NCBI GenBank assembly: GCA_015063785.1 | Contig: SVTM01000007.1 | Span: 25,665-89,664 of the forward strand | Reading direction: 5' to 3' | Origin: Oscillospiraceae bacterium | Lineage (GTDB): Bacteria > Bacillota > Clostridia > Oscillospirales > CAG-382 | Length of the DNA: 64,000 nt | Translations under genes and position numbers: made by a program | Shown here: positions 37,491 through 47,169 of the stretch, piece by piece | Layout: every line of letters begins with the position of its first letter | How positions within the stretch are numbered: the first letter of the stretch is position 1 | The notes under the pieces: generated by a model | The model's input: the letters and a program-made list of their open reading frames with translations, nothing else | Told to the model about the DNA's origin: nothing | The model's database searches: none

Positions 37491-37518
37491 TTTTTTGCCT
37501 CCTTTCGCGGTTGTGTTG

Positions 37519-38100
37519 GTTTTTGCCATTTGTTAAATTCCAAAATCCCTCCACCGTCTTCGACGGTCCCCCTCCCTTTAGGCAAGGGAGGCGTTTGTTG
37601 GGGTGCAAATTTTTAACCATTGATAAAAAACCCAATCGTAGGGTGAGGTGTGTTCGCCCGTTTTTGTCATCGGTTAAATCCCACAACAAATAATAAAGTT
37701 TCGGTCCACCCTTTTCAAAGGGTGGCGGATTCCAAAGGCGGCGCCTTTGGTCGCTCTCCGCAGAGAGCGAAACACTCTTTTTCCTTCCCAATGCGCAGGG
37801 AAGTTGCAAGCAACTTCTGAAGTTTGTTGCACAAACTTCGACGGGTGAATTGCACGAAGTGCAAGAGGGAAACCCTCGCCGGGGGTTTCCCTTTTTCAAG
37901 CATTGATTAAATCCCACACCAAACGGCAGGAGCAAGCCCCTGCCCTACGATAGGGCGGGAGGCGTTTGTTGGGGTGCAAATTTTTAACCATTGATAAAAA
38001 ACCCAATCGTAGGGGCGAACTGTGTTCGCCCGTTTTTGCCAATGATTAAATTACACACCAAACGGCAGGAGAGAACCTATGCCCTATGATTAAGGTAGGA
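37519..38100. repeat. Mosaic hairpin repeat, locus D (largest array, about 580 bp, at least 7 modules)
   Basis: By direct reading the module order is I, III, II (with two extra hairpins), IV, I fragment, III, IV, all reverse-oriented relative to locus E. There is an internal direct repeat of about 55 bp (37590-37645 vs 37962-38015). Confidence 0.85.
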
Positions 38101-38168
38101 TTTGGGATAAAGGTAAAAATTTTATTTGCAGTGACCGATGTCCTCGGTGGTCTGTGGCGCGCACTGTC

Positions 38169-39872
38169 TTATTTCACACAAACCTCGATCTCTTCGGGTG
38201 CTTTATAACTTGTCACGATCTTTCCGTCCTCGCCCTTTTCGTGACGGACAAAGATGTTGCCGTAGGGGGTGGGATATGTGCCCTCGGCAAAGGTGAGATC
38301 GCCGAGATCGGGGGAAATTTCTATCTTTTTGCAGCCCGGTTCTTTCACTTTTATACCGAGAATATATTCCGACATATATGCCGCAACGCCCGACGACCAG
38401 CCGTGGCAAAGGCTGTGGCGAAAACCGACGTAGCAATATGCTCCGCGATCGCCGTGGATATCGTCAAGACCTTCGGGGGTAAGCTCGTCAATACGCCCTG
38501 CGTTTTCGCACCAGGCAGGGTCAAAATCTTCAAAAAAGCTGGTGGCACCGATATCGAGCATCTTGCCGTACATTCCGCGGATGTTGGAGATCGCACCTGC
38601 CGTGTCGCCTGCCTGCGAGCGTGCCGCAAGGGTGAACATCGAGAGGAAGGTGGAAATGCCGCTGTCGCCGTTTTTGCACAGAAGTCTTTCGTTTTCTTTC
38701 TTTGCATCGCGCATTCCTGCCACAACACGCATTGCCGAAATCTGCTTGTAGTCATAATCGGGATAGTCGAACGAGGCAATTTTTTTGGCAACGTCGGCGC
38801 AGAAAGCTGCATTTTCGCAGTCAGCAAGCTTTTCAAGCATAAAAGCCGCCGCCTCAAAGGTCAGCTTGAATATGGCGTGCACGCCCGAATCGCTCATTTC
38901 GCGGCTGTGGTTGCTGGGCCAATCAAAAAGTGCCCAGGAATATTTGGCATCAAAACTGCCGTCTTCTCTTATAAATTCGGCAAGCTGATGGGTAAGCTCC
39001 ACAAGGCGTGTGTGCTGTTCGGAAAGATATGCAACGTCGCCGTTTTGCATAAAATATCGGTGATGACAAAGCACCCACCAGGCGTTGTAGGTGATGATGG
39101 TGTTCATAAACTTGTCGGGGGCGGTGTGGTCGCGGACGATATCAAGACTGCGGCGCACCGTCACGTCATCGCCAAAAACCGAGCAAAGGGTGGCAACCTC
39201 GGGATACATATCGCCGATCCACACCAGCCTGTCGCGCTTGATACCGTCCCAGATATAATCCTGCATACAAAGATGAAGCGTATATGCCGCCGTGTCAAAA
39301 ACGCGGTTCAAGGTATCGTCGTTGCATCTGAAACTGCCCTTGTATTCGATGTCTCTGAAATAAGCGTAGGCGTTCACCGTCTGCAAAAGCAGGGTGTTTT
39401 CCTTGTCCACATTGTCAATGCGCACAAAGCGGAAGCCCGTGTAGCCAAATTCTGCCATGCTCATAACGCCCGACTGCACCGTAAAATCACGGGGGTTGTG
39501 GTCGTTGGTGGTGCCGCTTTCGTGAAGCTCTGCCATGGCCTCGTTTGCCGATTCGCCAAAGCGCAGACGAAGCGAAACGTCCATCTTGTCGTTGCCCTTT
39601 TCGTCTTTCATCACCTTGACAAACAGCTTGACTCCGCCGCAGATCTCCTTGCCAAAATCAATAAGCACTGCACCTCCCGGGGCGATCCATGCGTGGTTGC
39701 GCACGTTGTTTGATTCGCCTGCCATCATCTGGTGGTCTTCGTTGATGATAATGTTTTCGCAATCGACAGCCGCATCGTTGTGCCAGACAATGCGAGTGGG
39801 GCGGAGGTATATTTTTTCAAGAAGACAATCGGTGACGTTTGAGGAATTTAACGATTTTGGCAGAAATTTCAT
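38169..39872 (-). CDS. GH78-related (alpha-L-rhamnosidase-like) six-hairpin glycosidase
   Basis: 567 aa, no signal peptide. WDGIKRDRLVWIGDM resembles the conserved GH78 D-x-R-x-R-x-W-x-GD segment. C-terminal LCHGWSSGVAAYMSEYILGIK. Confidence 0.55.
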   Translation of the reverse strand: MKFLPKSLNSSNVTDCLLEKIYLRPTRIVWHNDAAVDCENIIINEDHQMMAGESNNVRNHAWIAPGGAVLIDFGKEICGGVKLFVKVMKDEKGNDKMDVSLRLRFGESANEAMAELHESGTTNDHNPRDFTVQSGVMSMAEFGYTGFRFVRIDNVDKENTLLLQTVNAYAYFRDIEYKGSFRCNDDTLNRVFDTAAYTLHLCMQDYIWDGIKRDRLVWIGDMYPEVATLCSVFGDDVTVRRSLDIVRDHTAPDKFMNTIITYNAWWVLCHHRYFMQNGDVAYLSEQHTRLVELTHQLAEFIREDGSFDAKYSWALFDWPSNHSREMSDSGVHAIFKLTFEAAAFMLEKLADCENAAFCADVAKKIASFDYPDYDYKQISAMRVVAGMRDAKKENERLLCKNGDSGISTFLSMFTLAARSQAGDTAGAISNIRGMYGKMLDIGATSFFEDFDPAWCENAGRIDELTPEGLDDIHGDRGAYCYVGFRHSLCHGWSSGVAAYMSEYILGIKVKEPGCKKIEISPDLGDLTFAEGTYPTPYGNIFVRHEKGEDGKIVTSYKAPEEIEVCVK

Positions 39873-40013
39873 GAAAAGTTTCTCCTTTTATATACTAAAA
39901 TGATAAAACAAACAGTAATTTTATTGAATTATACCACAAACGCCCTTTGTTTTCAATAGAATTTGCCGTATTTTACAAATGTTTTAAGAATGTGAAAAAT
40001 TTAATTATCCCTA

Positions 40014-40042
40014 TTGCAAAATCGAAAAAAATGTATTATAAT
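40014..40042 (+). promoter_or_regulatory. Sigma-A promoter of gap
   Basis: TTGCAA, 17 nt spacer, TATAAT, within an AT-rich upstream region. Confidence 0.55.
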
Positions 40043-40106
40043 AATGAGGAATGGGAAAAATAACCTATATAAAAAGCAAAAATTTATTTTTTAGGAGGAC
40101 ATAAAA

Positions 40107-41135
40107 ATGTCAGTTAAAGTTGCCATTAACGGTTTCGGCCGTATCGGTCGTCTCGCATTCAGACAGATGTTTGGTGCAGAAGGCTATGAAGTTGTTGCTA
40201 TCAACGACCTCACCAGCCCCGCAATGCTCGCTCACCTTCTCAAGTACGACACAGCTCAGGGTTCTTACCTCGGCTATATCGGTGAAGGCAAGCACACTGT
40301 TGAAGCAACAGAAGATTCCATCATCGTTGACGGAAAAGAAATCAAGATCTACGCTTGCAAGGACGCAGCAGAATGTCCTTGGGGCGCAATCGGTGTTGAC
40401 GTTGTTCTCGAGTGCACAGGCTTCTACTGCTCTAAGGAAAAGTCCATGGCTCACATCAACGCAGGCGCTAAGAAGGTTGTTATCTCTGCTCCCGCAGGCA
40501 ACGACCTCAAGACCATCGTTTACAGCGTAAACGAAAAAACTCTTACAGCTGATGACCAGATCATCTCTGCTGCATCCTGCACAACAAACTGCCTTGCTCC
40601 CATGGCAAAGGCTCTTAACGACTACGCTCCCATCCAGTCGGGTATCATGACAACAGTTCATGCATACACAGGCGACCAGATGATTCTTGACGGTCCCCAC
40701 AGAAAGGGCGACCTCAGAAGAGCACGCGCAGGCGCACAGAACATCGTTCCCAACTCCACAGGCGCAGCTAAGGCAATCGGCCTTGTTATCCCCGAGCTCA
40801 ACGGCAAGCTCATCGGCTCTGCTCAGAGAGTTCCCACCTGCACAGGCTCCACAACAATCCTCGTTGCGGTTGTTAAGGGCAAGGATATCACAAAGGACGG
40901 CATCAACGCTGCAATGAAGGCTGCTGCTTCCGAATCCTTCGGCTACAACACAGAAGATATCGTTTCTTCCGATGTTATCGGTATGAGATACGGTTCTCTC
41001 TTCGATGCAACTCAGACAATGGTTGCAAAGATCGACGACGACACATATCAGGTTCAGGTTGTTTCGTGGTATGACAACGAAAACTCCTACACAAGCCAGA
41101 TGGTTCGTACAATCAAGTACTTCGCAGAAATCTAA
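40107..41135 (+). CDS. gap: Glyceraldehyde-3-phosphate dehydrogenase, type I
   Basis: 342 aa; INGFGRIGR, active site [14 protein letters not shown]. Strongly biased codon usage consistent with high expression. Confidence 0.95.
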   Translation: MSVKVAINGFGRIGRLAFRQMFGAEGYEVVAINDLTSPAMLAHLLKYDTAQGSYLGYIGEGKHTVEATEDSIIVDGKEIKIYACKDAAECPWGAIGVDVVLECTGFYCSKEKSMAHINAGAKKVVISAPAGNDLKTIVYSVNEKTLTADDQIISAASCTTNCLAPMAKALNDYAPIQSGIMTTVHAYTGDQMILDGPHRKGDLRRARAGAQNIVPNSTGAAKAIGLVIPELNGKLIGSAQRVPTCTGSTTILVAVVKGKDITKDGINAAMKAAASESFGYNTEDIVSSDVIGMRYGSLFDATQTMVAKIDDDTYQVQVVSWYDNENSYTSQMVRTIKYFAEI

Positions 41136-41160
41136 GTTTGGTTTAAACTTCAATATGAAA

Positions 41161-41190
41161 AAACGGAAGCTTCGGCTTCCGTTTTTTTTG
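41161..41190 (+). terminator. Rho-independent terminator of gap
   Basis: AAACGGAAGC-ttcg-GCTTCCGTTT followed by a T-run. Confidence 0.8.
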
Positions 41191-41282
41191 GTTGTGCCGC
41201 GATTTCGCCGGTGGCAAAAACAAACACCGTGGGCAGAATATTGCCCCGGCTCCACAGTCGATACGCAGGAGCAAAAATAGGA

Positions 41283-41308
41283 GGGGCAAGCCCCTCCCAT
41301 GACAGAGA
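41283..41308 (-). terminator. Terminator of the minus-strand phage-like operon
   Basis: On the minus strand, GGAGGGGC-tt-GCCCCTCC followed by TATTTTTG, 14 nt after the lipoprotein stop. Confidence 0.6.
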
Positions 41309-41321
41309 CGGGATATCTCCG

Positions 41322-41564
41322 TCAAAAATTGATATTTGCCGAATCGGGCGAATCCTTGGTGATATGATTGTCGGGCACACTGCGCCTCACACCTTTTGCG
41401 CCGTCATCTGTCATGCCGTCGGTCATATCTTTTACGATGCTTTTGTTGTCGTTGTCATCCATGGGAGTTTTGCCGTCCTTGTCGGCATCGCCGCAGGAGG
41501 CAAGAAAAAGAGACGCCGCTGTTGACAGGGCAAGAAAGCCTGCCGCATATTTTGAAAATTTCAT
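41322..41564 (-). CDS. Small acidic lipoprotein (80 aa), last gene of the phage-like operon
   Basis: Start at the ATG at 41564. Lipobox LFLASC. Only 62 nt downstream of the preceding gene, with no intervening terminator. Confidence 0.5.
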   Translation of the reverse strand: MKFSKYAAGFLALSTAASLFLASCGDADKDGKTPMDDNDNKSIVKDMTDGMTDDGAKGVRRSVPDNHITKDSPDSANINF

Positions 41565-41626
41565 TTTTTCTTTTCCTTTCTCTGTTCCCACCATAGCTTT
41601 GCCAAAAACGGCACCGATTATACCCG

Positions 41627-43033
41627 TTAATCTTCCACGTATCTTATGCCCAGGTACGAGCAGATCTTCTTTTTTTCCGAAACAGAAAGGTCAAAGCCGC
41701 GTATCCATTCAAGAAGCTCCTGCGCACTGTAGGTGGGGACGTATGTTTTCAGCTCCTTGTCATATCTGTGAAGCTGCGCCATGCGCCTTGCCACGTTAAG
41801 GCAGGTTTTGTAATAATCCCCGTACTCGCCCGAGCCGAAGTTGGTTTTTTCGGCGTTGCTTTCGGTTTCTTTGTCGGATTTGCCGTCGGCGTCGTCGGGA
41901 TCTGAAGCATCGTTGTTCTGATCCTTTTCTTTTTCAAACTTTTCGCGCGCGAGATCAAGGCTTTCGCGGTCGATGGCATTCTTTTCCTTTTTGTCGGCAA
42001 TGTCGGCATAAAGCTTTGCGTTGTCATACTGCTTTTGTGCCTCAAATTCGGCAAGCCATTTTTCATAATCGGCGGCAGACGCGCTTTCTTTAAAGGCAAG
42101 CTCCTTCAAGGCAAGCTCGCGGTCGTTTGCCTCTTTTTCTTTCTGCAACAAAAGCTCGTCTTTTCGTGCTTCTTCATTTTTTAAAAGCTTGGCTTTTTCA
42201 AGCTCGAGCTCGTGCCACCATTTATCGTCGGCAATGGCATCGCGGGATTGTTCGTACTGCTCCGCCTGCTCGTTTGCAAGCAGCGAATTGTAGCGATAAT
42301 ACTCGTCGGCGATGTTTTTCATGGCGTTTTCCGAAAGGCCATAAAGGCTTGCTTCAAGCTCTGTGCGCGCTTTCTGCTTCAGATCGTTTTTTTCTTTTCT
42401 CAAACCGTTTACATAATCATACACCGCCTCGCGTGCCGCTGTTTTTTCGGTGAGGCTTCTACCGCCTTTTTGAGAATACCCTTTGTTCAGAAGGGCTTCT
42501 TCGTGCAGTTTTTCGTTTTCTCTGTATGCCTTGAAGGCGTCGGATATCTTCTTGTCATATTCTGCGTCAAGCTCGTTTTTGTATTCATTGTACTTGCTCG
42601 ACAAAAGGGCGGCTCTGTCGTTGATGCCCCTGATGTACGAATTTTTAACCGATTCTGCAACGTCGTCGCGGCTCATGGTTTTGTAGTCGGAATAGTATTT
42701 TTTGTCAAAGATGGGCAAAGGTTTGTCCTGCGACGAGATTTTTTTGTTTCCCACGCTTTCTGTCATGTCGCCAAAAAGTTTTTGGGCATAGCCGTCCTTT
42801 GAAACCGACGCCTCGTCGATACCCATACCTTTTGCCTTTGAAAGATTGTGGTTGTACGAAACGGTGTCTGCCCATTTCATCTGCTCGGAAACGTCAAGCC
42901 CTGCCGCAAGGCGGTTGGATATTGCATCCTTGGTGCGTGCAATCTCCTCTTTGTACAGCTCGTCGTTGCCGCTTTTCAGCATGCTTAATCTTTGTGCTGC
43001 AGGGATAGTTGCATATTTCCATTTTGTTGCCAT
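41627..43033 (-). CDS. Coiled-coil-rich hypothetical protein (468 aa), phage-like cluster
   Basis: Long E/K/A-rich heptad-like stretches and a C-terminal globular segment. GAAAGGA RBS. No motif I can assign. Confidence 0.5.
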   Translation of the reverse strand: MATKWKYATIPAAQRLSMLKSGNDELYKEEIARTKDAISNRLAAGLDVSEQMKWADTVSYNHNLSKAKGMGIDEASVSKDGYAQKLFGDMTESVGNKKISSQDKPLPIFDKKYYSDYKTMSRDDVAESVKNSYIRGINDRAALLSSKYNEYKNELDAEYDKKISDAFKAYRENEKLHEEALLNKGYSQKGGRSLTEKTAAREAVYDYVNGLRKEKNDLKQKARTELEASLYGLSENAMKNIADEYYRYNSLLANEQAEQYEQSRDAIADDKWWHELELEKAKLLKNEEARKDELLLQKEKEANDRELALKELAFKESASAADYEKWLAEFEAQKQYDNAKLYADIADKKEKNAIDRESLDLAREKFEKEKDQNNDASDPDDADGKSDKETESNAEKTNFGSGEYGDYYKTCLNVARRMAQLHRYDKELKTYVPTYSAQELLEWIRGFDLSVSEKKKICSYLGIRYVED

Positions 43034-43050
43034 AGTTTTTTTATCCTTTC

Positions 43051-44877
43051 TTACAAATTAAATTTTTCCCGTGACACGGGCACATAACAAAATTCCAGCC
43101 CCGAAACTCCGATGCGCGCCCCGTGAAAGCTGAATTTTACGGCGAATTTATCGGCATATCGGGTGGGAACCTTGATTTTCAGCCGACGGCTTTTTTCGCA
43201 AAGAGGCGGCACAAACGACCAAAAACTTTCGCCGTCGGCAAAAAATTCCACCGTCATTCCGCCGCCCTTTTCATATACGTCGCAGTCAAACGAAAGGCTG
43301 ACCAGCTTTTTCCTGTGGCTCTTTGCGCCAAGATCATACCCCTTGGTCACAAAAAATGCGCTTATCGGCGACCTTGTGATATTGCTTTTGTCCTGCCCGT
43401 CAAAGTCGGAGTCAAAGGAAAGGGTTGGAAGACAGGCAAAAACGCCCACCTTTTGGTTTTCGGTCAGAAAATAAAGGGTGCCGCCGTGGCTGAAGATAAA
43501 TTTGCACCCTGACGGTGCCGAAAGCCTGTACCACGCCAGGCGCGTTTCTGCCGCGTCAAAATCTGCACTGTTGTAATAGGGCGTTTTGCCGTAGTCCCAG
43601 ACAAAGATGCTTTTGCCGTCGCAGATATAATATTTTCTGTCGTGATCGCAGGAGGAAAAAACGGCGTTTTCATCGTTTTCCACCCTCCAATACCCCGAAA
43701 GGTTTGCCGAAATGTGCTTTACGTTAAGCTCGTCAAAAATGTCTGTTGACTGCAAAATATAAACGCCCGATCTTTTGTCGGCAAAAACAGGAGTGTTGTC
43801 CACCGACTTTACGGTGTTTTTCATGTCGCAGCCGACGGTAGAATATATTTCTGTCACAGGAAAGGAAGCTCCCTCTTCTGCGGAAAAATCGTACTGCATC
43901 GAATAGATGCTCTTTTCGGTGAAGAAAAAGAGCTTTTCGTATCTTTTCTGCGCCGCCGTGATTTTTTCGCCGTCGCCGAGTATCTCGCCGCCGTTATCGG
44001 GAAAATAAAGGGGATCGCGAAGCTCGCTTTTAAAATATGCTCCGGGATATTCGTCGTTTGCGGCAAGAAAAGCGCGCGTTCCGTCGTTTGATGTGCCGCC
44101 ATAGCAAAAGGCGATGTCACAGCCGTAGATCTTTTTTAAGTTTTCCTGCACCACAGGCTCGTCGGGCGATATGGCAAAAACCAGCGACACTGTTTCCACC
44201 CCCGAAAGTGTGCCTGTGCCGCGCATCGAAAGCTTTTTCGGATCGCCAAAGCCCATCACAAGGTTGGGGGCAAAAACACCGTCGGTATAAACCTGCACAG
44301 GCACGCTTTCGTCCGCCTCAAAGGGCAGGGTGTATATGGCGTTGTCGGTGTAGGTCTTGTAGCTGCACTTGACCATGCGCGTCAAAAGATTTACAGGCTC
44401 AAGCGTGTCAAAATCGGTCATGGACAGATTTCGCGAGTAGGTGACCTCGGGGATATACGGCTGAACCTTTTGCACCGTCATATCCTTATTTATCTCAAAA
44501 ACATCAAACGACGAGCAATAAAGATACACCTTTGCATTCATGGCAAGAAAAACGCTGTTGCAATCGGGAATATCTTTGCTTATTTCAAAAAAATTCTCGC
44601 TGTCAAACGAAAAAAGCGATGTGCCGACGTGCAAAAGCACCTTTCCCTCAAAGCCTGCCTCGAGAATACTGTGAAATTTGCCTTCGGCTTCGTCTTTTTT
44701 GCAAAAGCCTGCACGCGGGGCAAGCTTTCCGTTTTCAAACATCATATCCGAAAGCCCCTGCAGGGCGCCGTCATTGCCGTTTTCAAAAAGAGAAAGTCCG
44801 CCCGAAAGAGAGCCGGGAGAAAAATACCGTCTGCCCCTGCCGGAGATGCTGCCCACATTTACACGGTTGTATGCCAT
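43051..44877 (-). CDS. Large hypothetical structural-type protein (608 aa), phage-like cluster
   Basis: Beta-rich composition, GGGAGGGA RBS. Its position after the capsid genes suggests a tail, nozzle or stabilisation role, but no motif was recognised. Confidence 0.5.
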   Translation of the reverse strand: MAYNRVNVGSISGRGRRYFSPGSLSGGLSLFENGNDGALQGLSDMMFENGKLAPRAGFCKKDEAEGKFHSILEAGFEGKVLLHVGTSLFSFDSENFFEISKDIPDCNSVFLAMNAKVYLYCSSFDVFEINKDMTVQKVQPYIPEVTYSRNLSMTDFDTLEPVNLLTRMVKCSYKTYTDNAIYTLPFEADESVPVQVYTDGVFAPNLVMGFGDPKKLSMRGTGTLSGVETVSLVFAISPDEPVVQENLKKIYGCDIAFCYGGTSNDGTRAFLAANDEYPGAYFKSELRDPLYFPDNGGEILGDGEKITAAQKRYEKLFFFTEKSIYSMQYDFSAEEGASFPVTEIYSTVGCDMKNTVKSVDNTPVFADKRSGVYILQSTDIFDELNVKHISANLSGYWRVENDENAVFSSCDHDRKYYICDGKSIFVWDYGKTPYYNSADFDAAETRLAWYRLSAPSGCKFIFSHGGTLYFLTENQKVGVFACLPTLSFDSDFDGQDKSNITRSPISAFFVTKGYDLGAKSHRKKLVSLSFDCDVYEKGGGMTVEFFADGESFWSFVPPLCEKSRRLKIKVPTRYADKFAVKFSFHGARIGVSGLEFCYVPVSREKFNL

Positions 44878-44898
44878 ACAAAAATCCCTCCCTTCAAA

Positions 44899-45855
44899 CT
44901 ACCCTCTGAAAAGATAGCCGCGGCGGCGTCTGCCAAAAATGCCGCCGGCAAAAAAGCTGTTTTTTCTTTTCAGATTGTTTTTGGGATAAATGTTTGCAAG
45001 CATTTCGCGGTATTTGTAGGTAAGGCGCGAATAAAGCTCGCCGTTCTCAACTTCGCACAGTGCCGCGGCAACGGCAAAAACAGCCGCTTCATAGCATCCT
45101 GGCGAAAGAAATACGGGTGTGTCGGGCGGATCGCTTTCATCAAAGCTTTGGGGATATTCAAAAAATTCAAAGGTATATGCCCCTGCATATTTTTCGTCGC
45201 AGCAAACATATTCACCGCAAAGCTCAAAAAGGTCGCAGGGGAATTCTCTTTTTCCCGAATATTTTGTGCCAAAGACCGAGATGAGCTCGGAAACGCGCGA
45301 CGAAAGGGCGCAAAAAAGCTTTTTTCCGTCGGGCAAGGCGTTTTCGTCGGTACAGCCAAAAAGCCCCCCTTTGTCATAGCACTTCAGCTTTTCGACCACA
45401 AGGCTTGTGTCGGCACAAAAAACCATGCGCACAGCGTCCTGCGGCACAAAAAACTTTGCCGTTTCGATATTGCCGTATCTTCCCTCAAAGACAAGCTCTG
45501 TGATCTTTTCATTGTCGGCATCGAAAAAGGCAAGCTTTCCGCAGCCCTTGAAGTCAAACGACAAAGAACCGCACAAAAAAGGCATCTCAATGCTTTTTTC
45601 ACCGTCCGAAAGCTCAAAAGAGCAGGCTTCTAAAAGCACTTCGGGACGGAAAAAGTAGACGTTTTTTCTTTTTCTTTCGCTGCCCACGGCGTGATTTATC
45701 AGACAAAGGGCGCTGTTGAGTGCCGAAACAAAACGGTTTTCCATATCGCCCGTTCCACCCGAAAAAACATCGTGGCTCTCGCCGTTGCGGCTGTATTCAT
45801 CAAGAACGCGAAAAACGTCGGCGCGCATACCGCCAAGGGTATGGGTGTTGTTCAT
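44899..45855 (-). CDS. Hypothetical protein (318 aa), phage-like cluster
   Basis: Start moved to the ATG at 45855 (MNNTHTLGG) behind an AAAGGAG RBS. No motif recognised. Confidence 0.45.
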   Translation of the reverse strand: MNNTHTLGGMRADVFRVLDEYSRNGESHDVFSGGTGDMENRFVSALNSALCLINHAVGSERKRKNVYFFRPEVLLEACSFELSDGEKSIEMPFLCGSLSFDFKGCGKLAFFDADNEKITELVFEGRYGNIETAKFFVPQDAVRMVFCADTSLVVEKLKCYDKGGLFGCTDENALPDGKKLFCALSSRVSELISVFGTKYSGKREFPCDLFELCGEYVCCDEKYAGAYTFEFFEYPQSFDESDPPDTPVFLSPGCYEAAVFAVAAALCEVENGELYSRLTYKYREMLANIYPKNNLKRKNSFFAGGIFGRRRRGYLFRG

Positions 45856-45925
45856 AAAAATATGATCTCCTTTCATATCGTATTTTTTTGAAAAAGGGGC
45901 AATTTTCTTGCCCCTCAAAGTCTTT

Positions 45926-46201
45926 TCAGATCGAATCGTAATGCATCACCGAAAGATACACCGAACTTTCGGTGCCGGTGTTGCAAAGTTCTGCACAGCC
46001 CGAAAATTCAACGATCTCGCCGTCGGAAAGCGCATAGCCTGCACTCTTGTCGTGGGTGCCGCACGGGGTGAGCACCAGCCCTTCGCCGTGAACCTTTATT
46101 CTCGTGCCAAGTCCTTCGCATCCAACCGTTGTGACGCCTGACGAAACGATCTCTTCGTATTTTGTCCCCACTATTCTCGGGGGCAGATTTGTAACGAACA
46201 T
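45926..46201 (-). CDS. Small hypothetical protein (91 aa), phage-like cluster
   Basis: Start at the ATG at 46201 behind an AAGGAGG RBS. Its size and position after the capsid gene fit a head-completion or connector protein (inference only). Confidence 0.4.
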   Translation of the reverse strand: MFVTNLPPRIVGTKYEEIVSSGVTTVGCEGLGTRIKVHGEGLVLTPCGTHDKSAGYALSDGEIVEFSGCAELCNTGTESSVYLSVMHYDSI

Positions 46202-46221
46202 TTTCTCGTTCCTCCTTTTGA

Positions 46222-47139
46222 TCACGCAGGGTCAGAGAAGATGATGGGACGTGCATCGCCAAAGCCAAATCCAAAGTCCACGTAGCCGATATAATCGGTG
46301 AGAAGAGGATTTGTGCCGCCCGAAACAAGCACTGTGGGCTCGGTGATGTAAACAAGCTTAAGAATCTCGGGCATAAGCATCGAATCGGCGATCGCCCACT
46401 TTTTGCCGCAAAGTCCGATGCCGCCGCCACCCACGACAAGGTATTTCATGCCGTAAACGGGGTTTGCCGCATTGGTGTTTGCGTCGCCGTCGGGGTTCTT
46501 TTCGGGGATCAGGCGCGAGTTGGGGCCGCAGATCTCCTTTGCCTTGGGTTCGAGCTCGGGGCTGACAAGGAGCAGGTCAAAATTGCCTGCAAAGGGAAGC
46601 CCGTCGGGAGTGACAAAAGCCGATGCCTTGGTCTGTGCCGCTGTGATGGCAGAAACCGAAAGGTTCGAGTGAATAACATTCGAGAAGGTCTCGTCAGACT
46701 CAGAATTGATCTTGTGGTTGTCGGATGCCCACGCCACGCCGTCAGAGCCGATGGTGGTGAAGGCATTGCCAAACAGGCGGTAAAATTCGTTGAGCACCGT
46801 CATATATGCCGAGTCGGCAAGGCGTGTGCCCACCTTTTCGGATTCCTTGGACTGGTCGATCTTTGTCTTTTTGTAGGACATGGTGACCTTCAGCGCGTGC
46901 TCCTTGGGGGTGACGGTGGTGATGAAGGCGCGCTTCTGATCGGCGGATGCGATGTTTGTGCCGTCATAAACGGGGATCTCGCCGTAGCCGCCCACGCCTT
47001 CAAAGCGATAGTCCACGCTGTCCTGGGTTATCACCTCAGCAAGGTTTGAGATAACGTCCATGCGGTCGGCATAGCGCAGATCAAATCTTTTCTTAACAAG
47101 AGGATAAAGGTCCTGGGGCCATGTATAGATATCATTCAT
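46222..47139 (-). CDS. Putative major capsid protein (305 aa)
   Basis: Called from its position after the portal and scaffold genes, its size, an AAGGAG RBS and a beta/Gly-rich C-terminus. No database check was possible. Confidence 0.55.
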   Translation of the reverse strand: MNDIYTWPQDLYPLVKKRFDLRYADRMDVISNLAEVITQDSVDYRFEGVGGYGEIPVYDGTNIASADQKRAFITTVTPKEHALKVTMSYKKTKIDQSKESEKVGTRLADSAYMTVLNEFYRLFGNAFTTIGSDGVAWASDNHKINSESDETFSNVIHSNLSVSAITAAQTKASAFVTPDGLPFAGNFDLLLVSPELEPKAKEICGPNSRLIPEKNPDGDANTNAANPVYGMKYLVVGGGGIGLCGKKWAIADSMLMPEILKLVYITEPTVLVSGGTNPLLTDYIGYVDFGFGFGDARPIIFSDPA

Positions 47140-47169
47140 ATTCTGTAATCTCCTTTTCTCTTTTGGTTA

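Noticed and set aside
37048-37935. 295 aa ORF, plus related small ORFs (37715-37903, 33960-34391, 54066-54386, 54386-54574) that share peptides such as MLEKGKPPARVSLLHFVQFT and NPPPFEKGGPKLY
   Set aside because: They are read-throughs of the mosaic repeat modules. The shared peptides simply reflect repeated DNA, there are no RBSs, and 37048-37935 also overlaps the recG 5-prime end in antisense.
37519-38100. Possible CRISPR array, because of many short GC-rich palindromic repeats in a non-coding stretch
   Set aside because: The repeat units are of several different types and lengths and are not separated by unique spacers of regular size. They recur as modules at other loci in both orientations, and there are no cas genes in the window.
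38154-39713. 519 aa plus-strand ORF
   Set aside because: It is antisense to the GH78-like gene. The minus-strand gene has a strong RBS and family-like motifs.
40110-41300. 396 aa minus-strand ORF
   Set aside because: It is antisense to gap, which is unmistakable (SCTTNCLAP).
44470-45633. 387 aa plus-strand ORF inside the phage-like cluster. Similar long reverse ORFs occur at 50499-51755, 54886-56178 and 59359-60153.
   Set aside because: These are Lys/Arg/Ala/Phe-rich reverse-frame shadows without RBSs. The opposite-strand genes have canonical RBSs, tight operon spacing and, where assessable, recognisable motifs.
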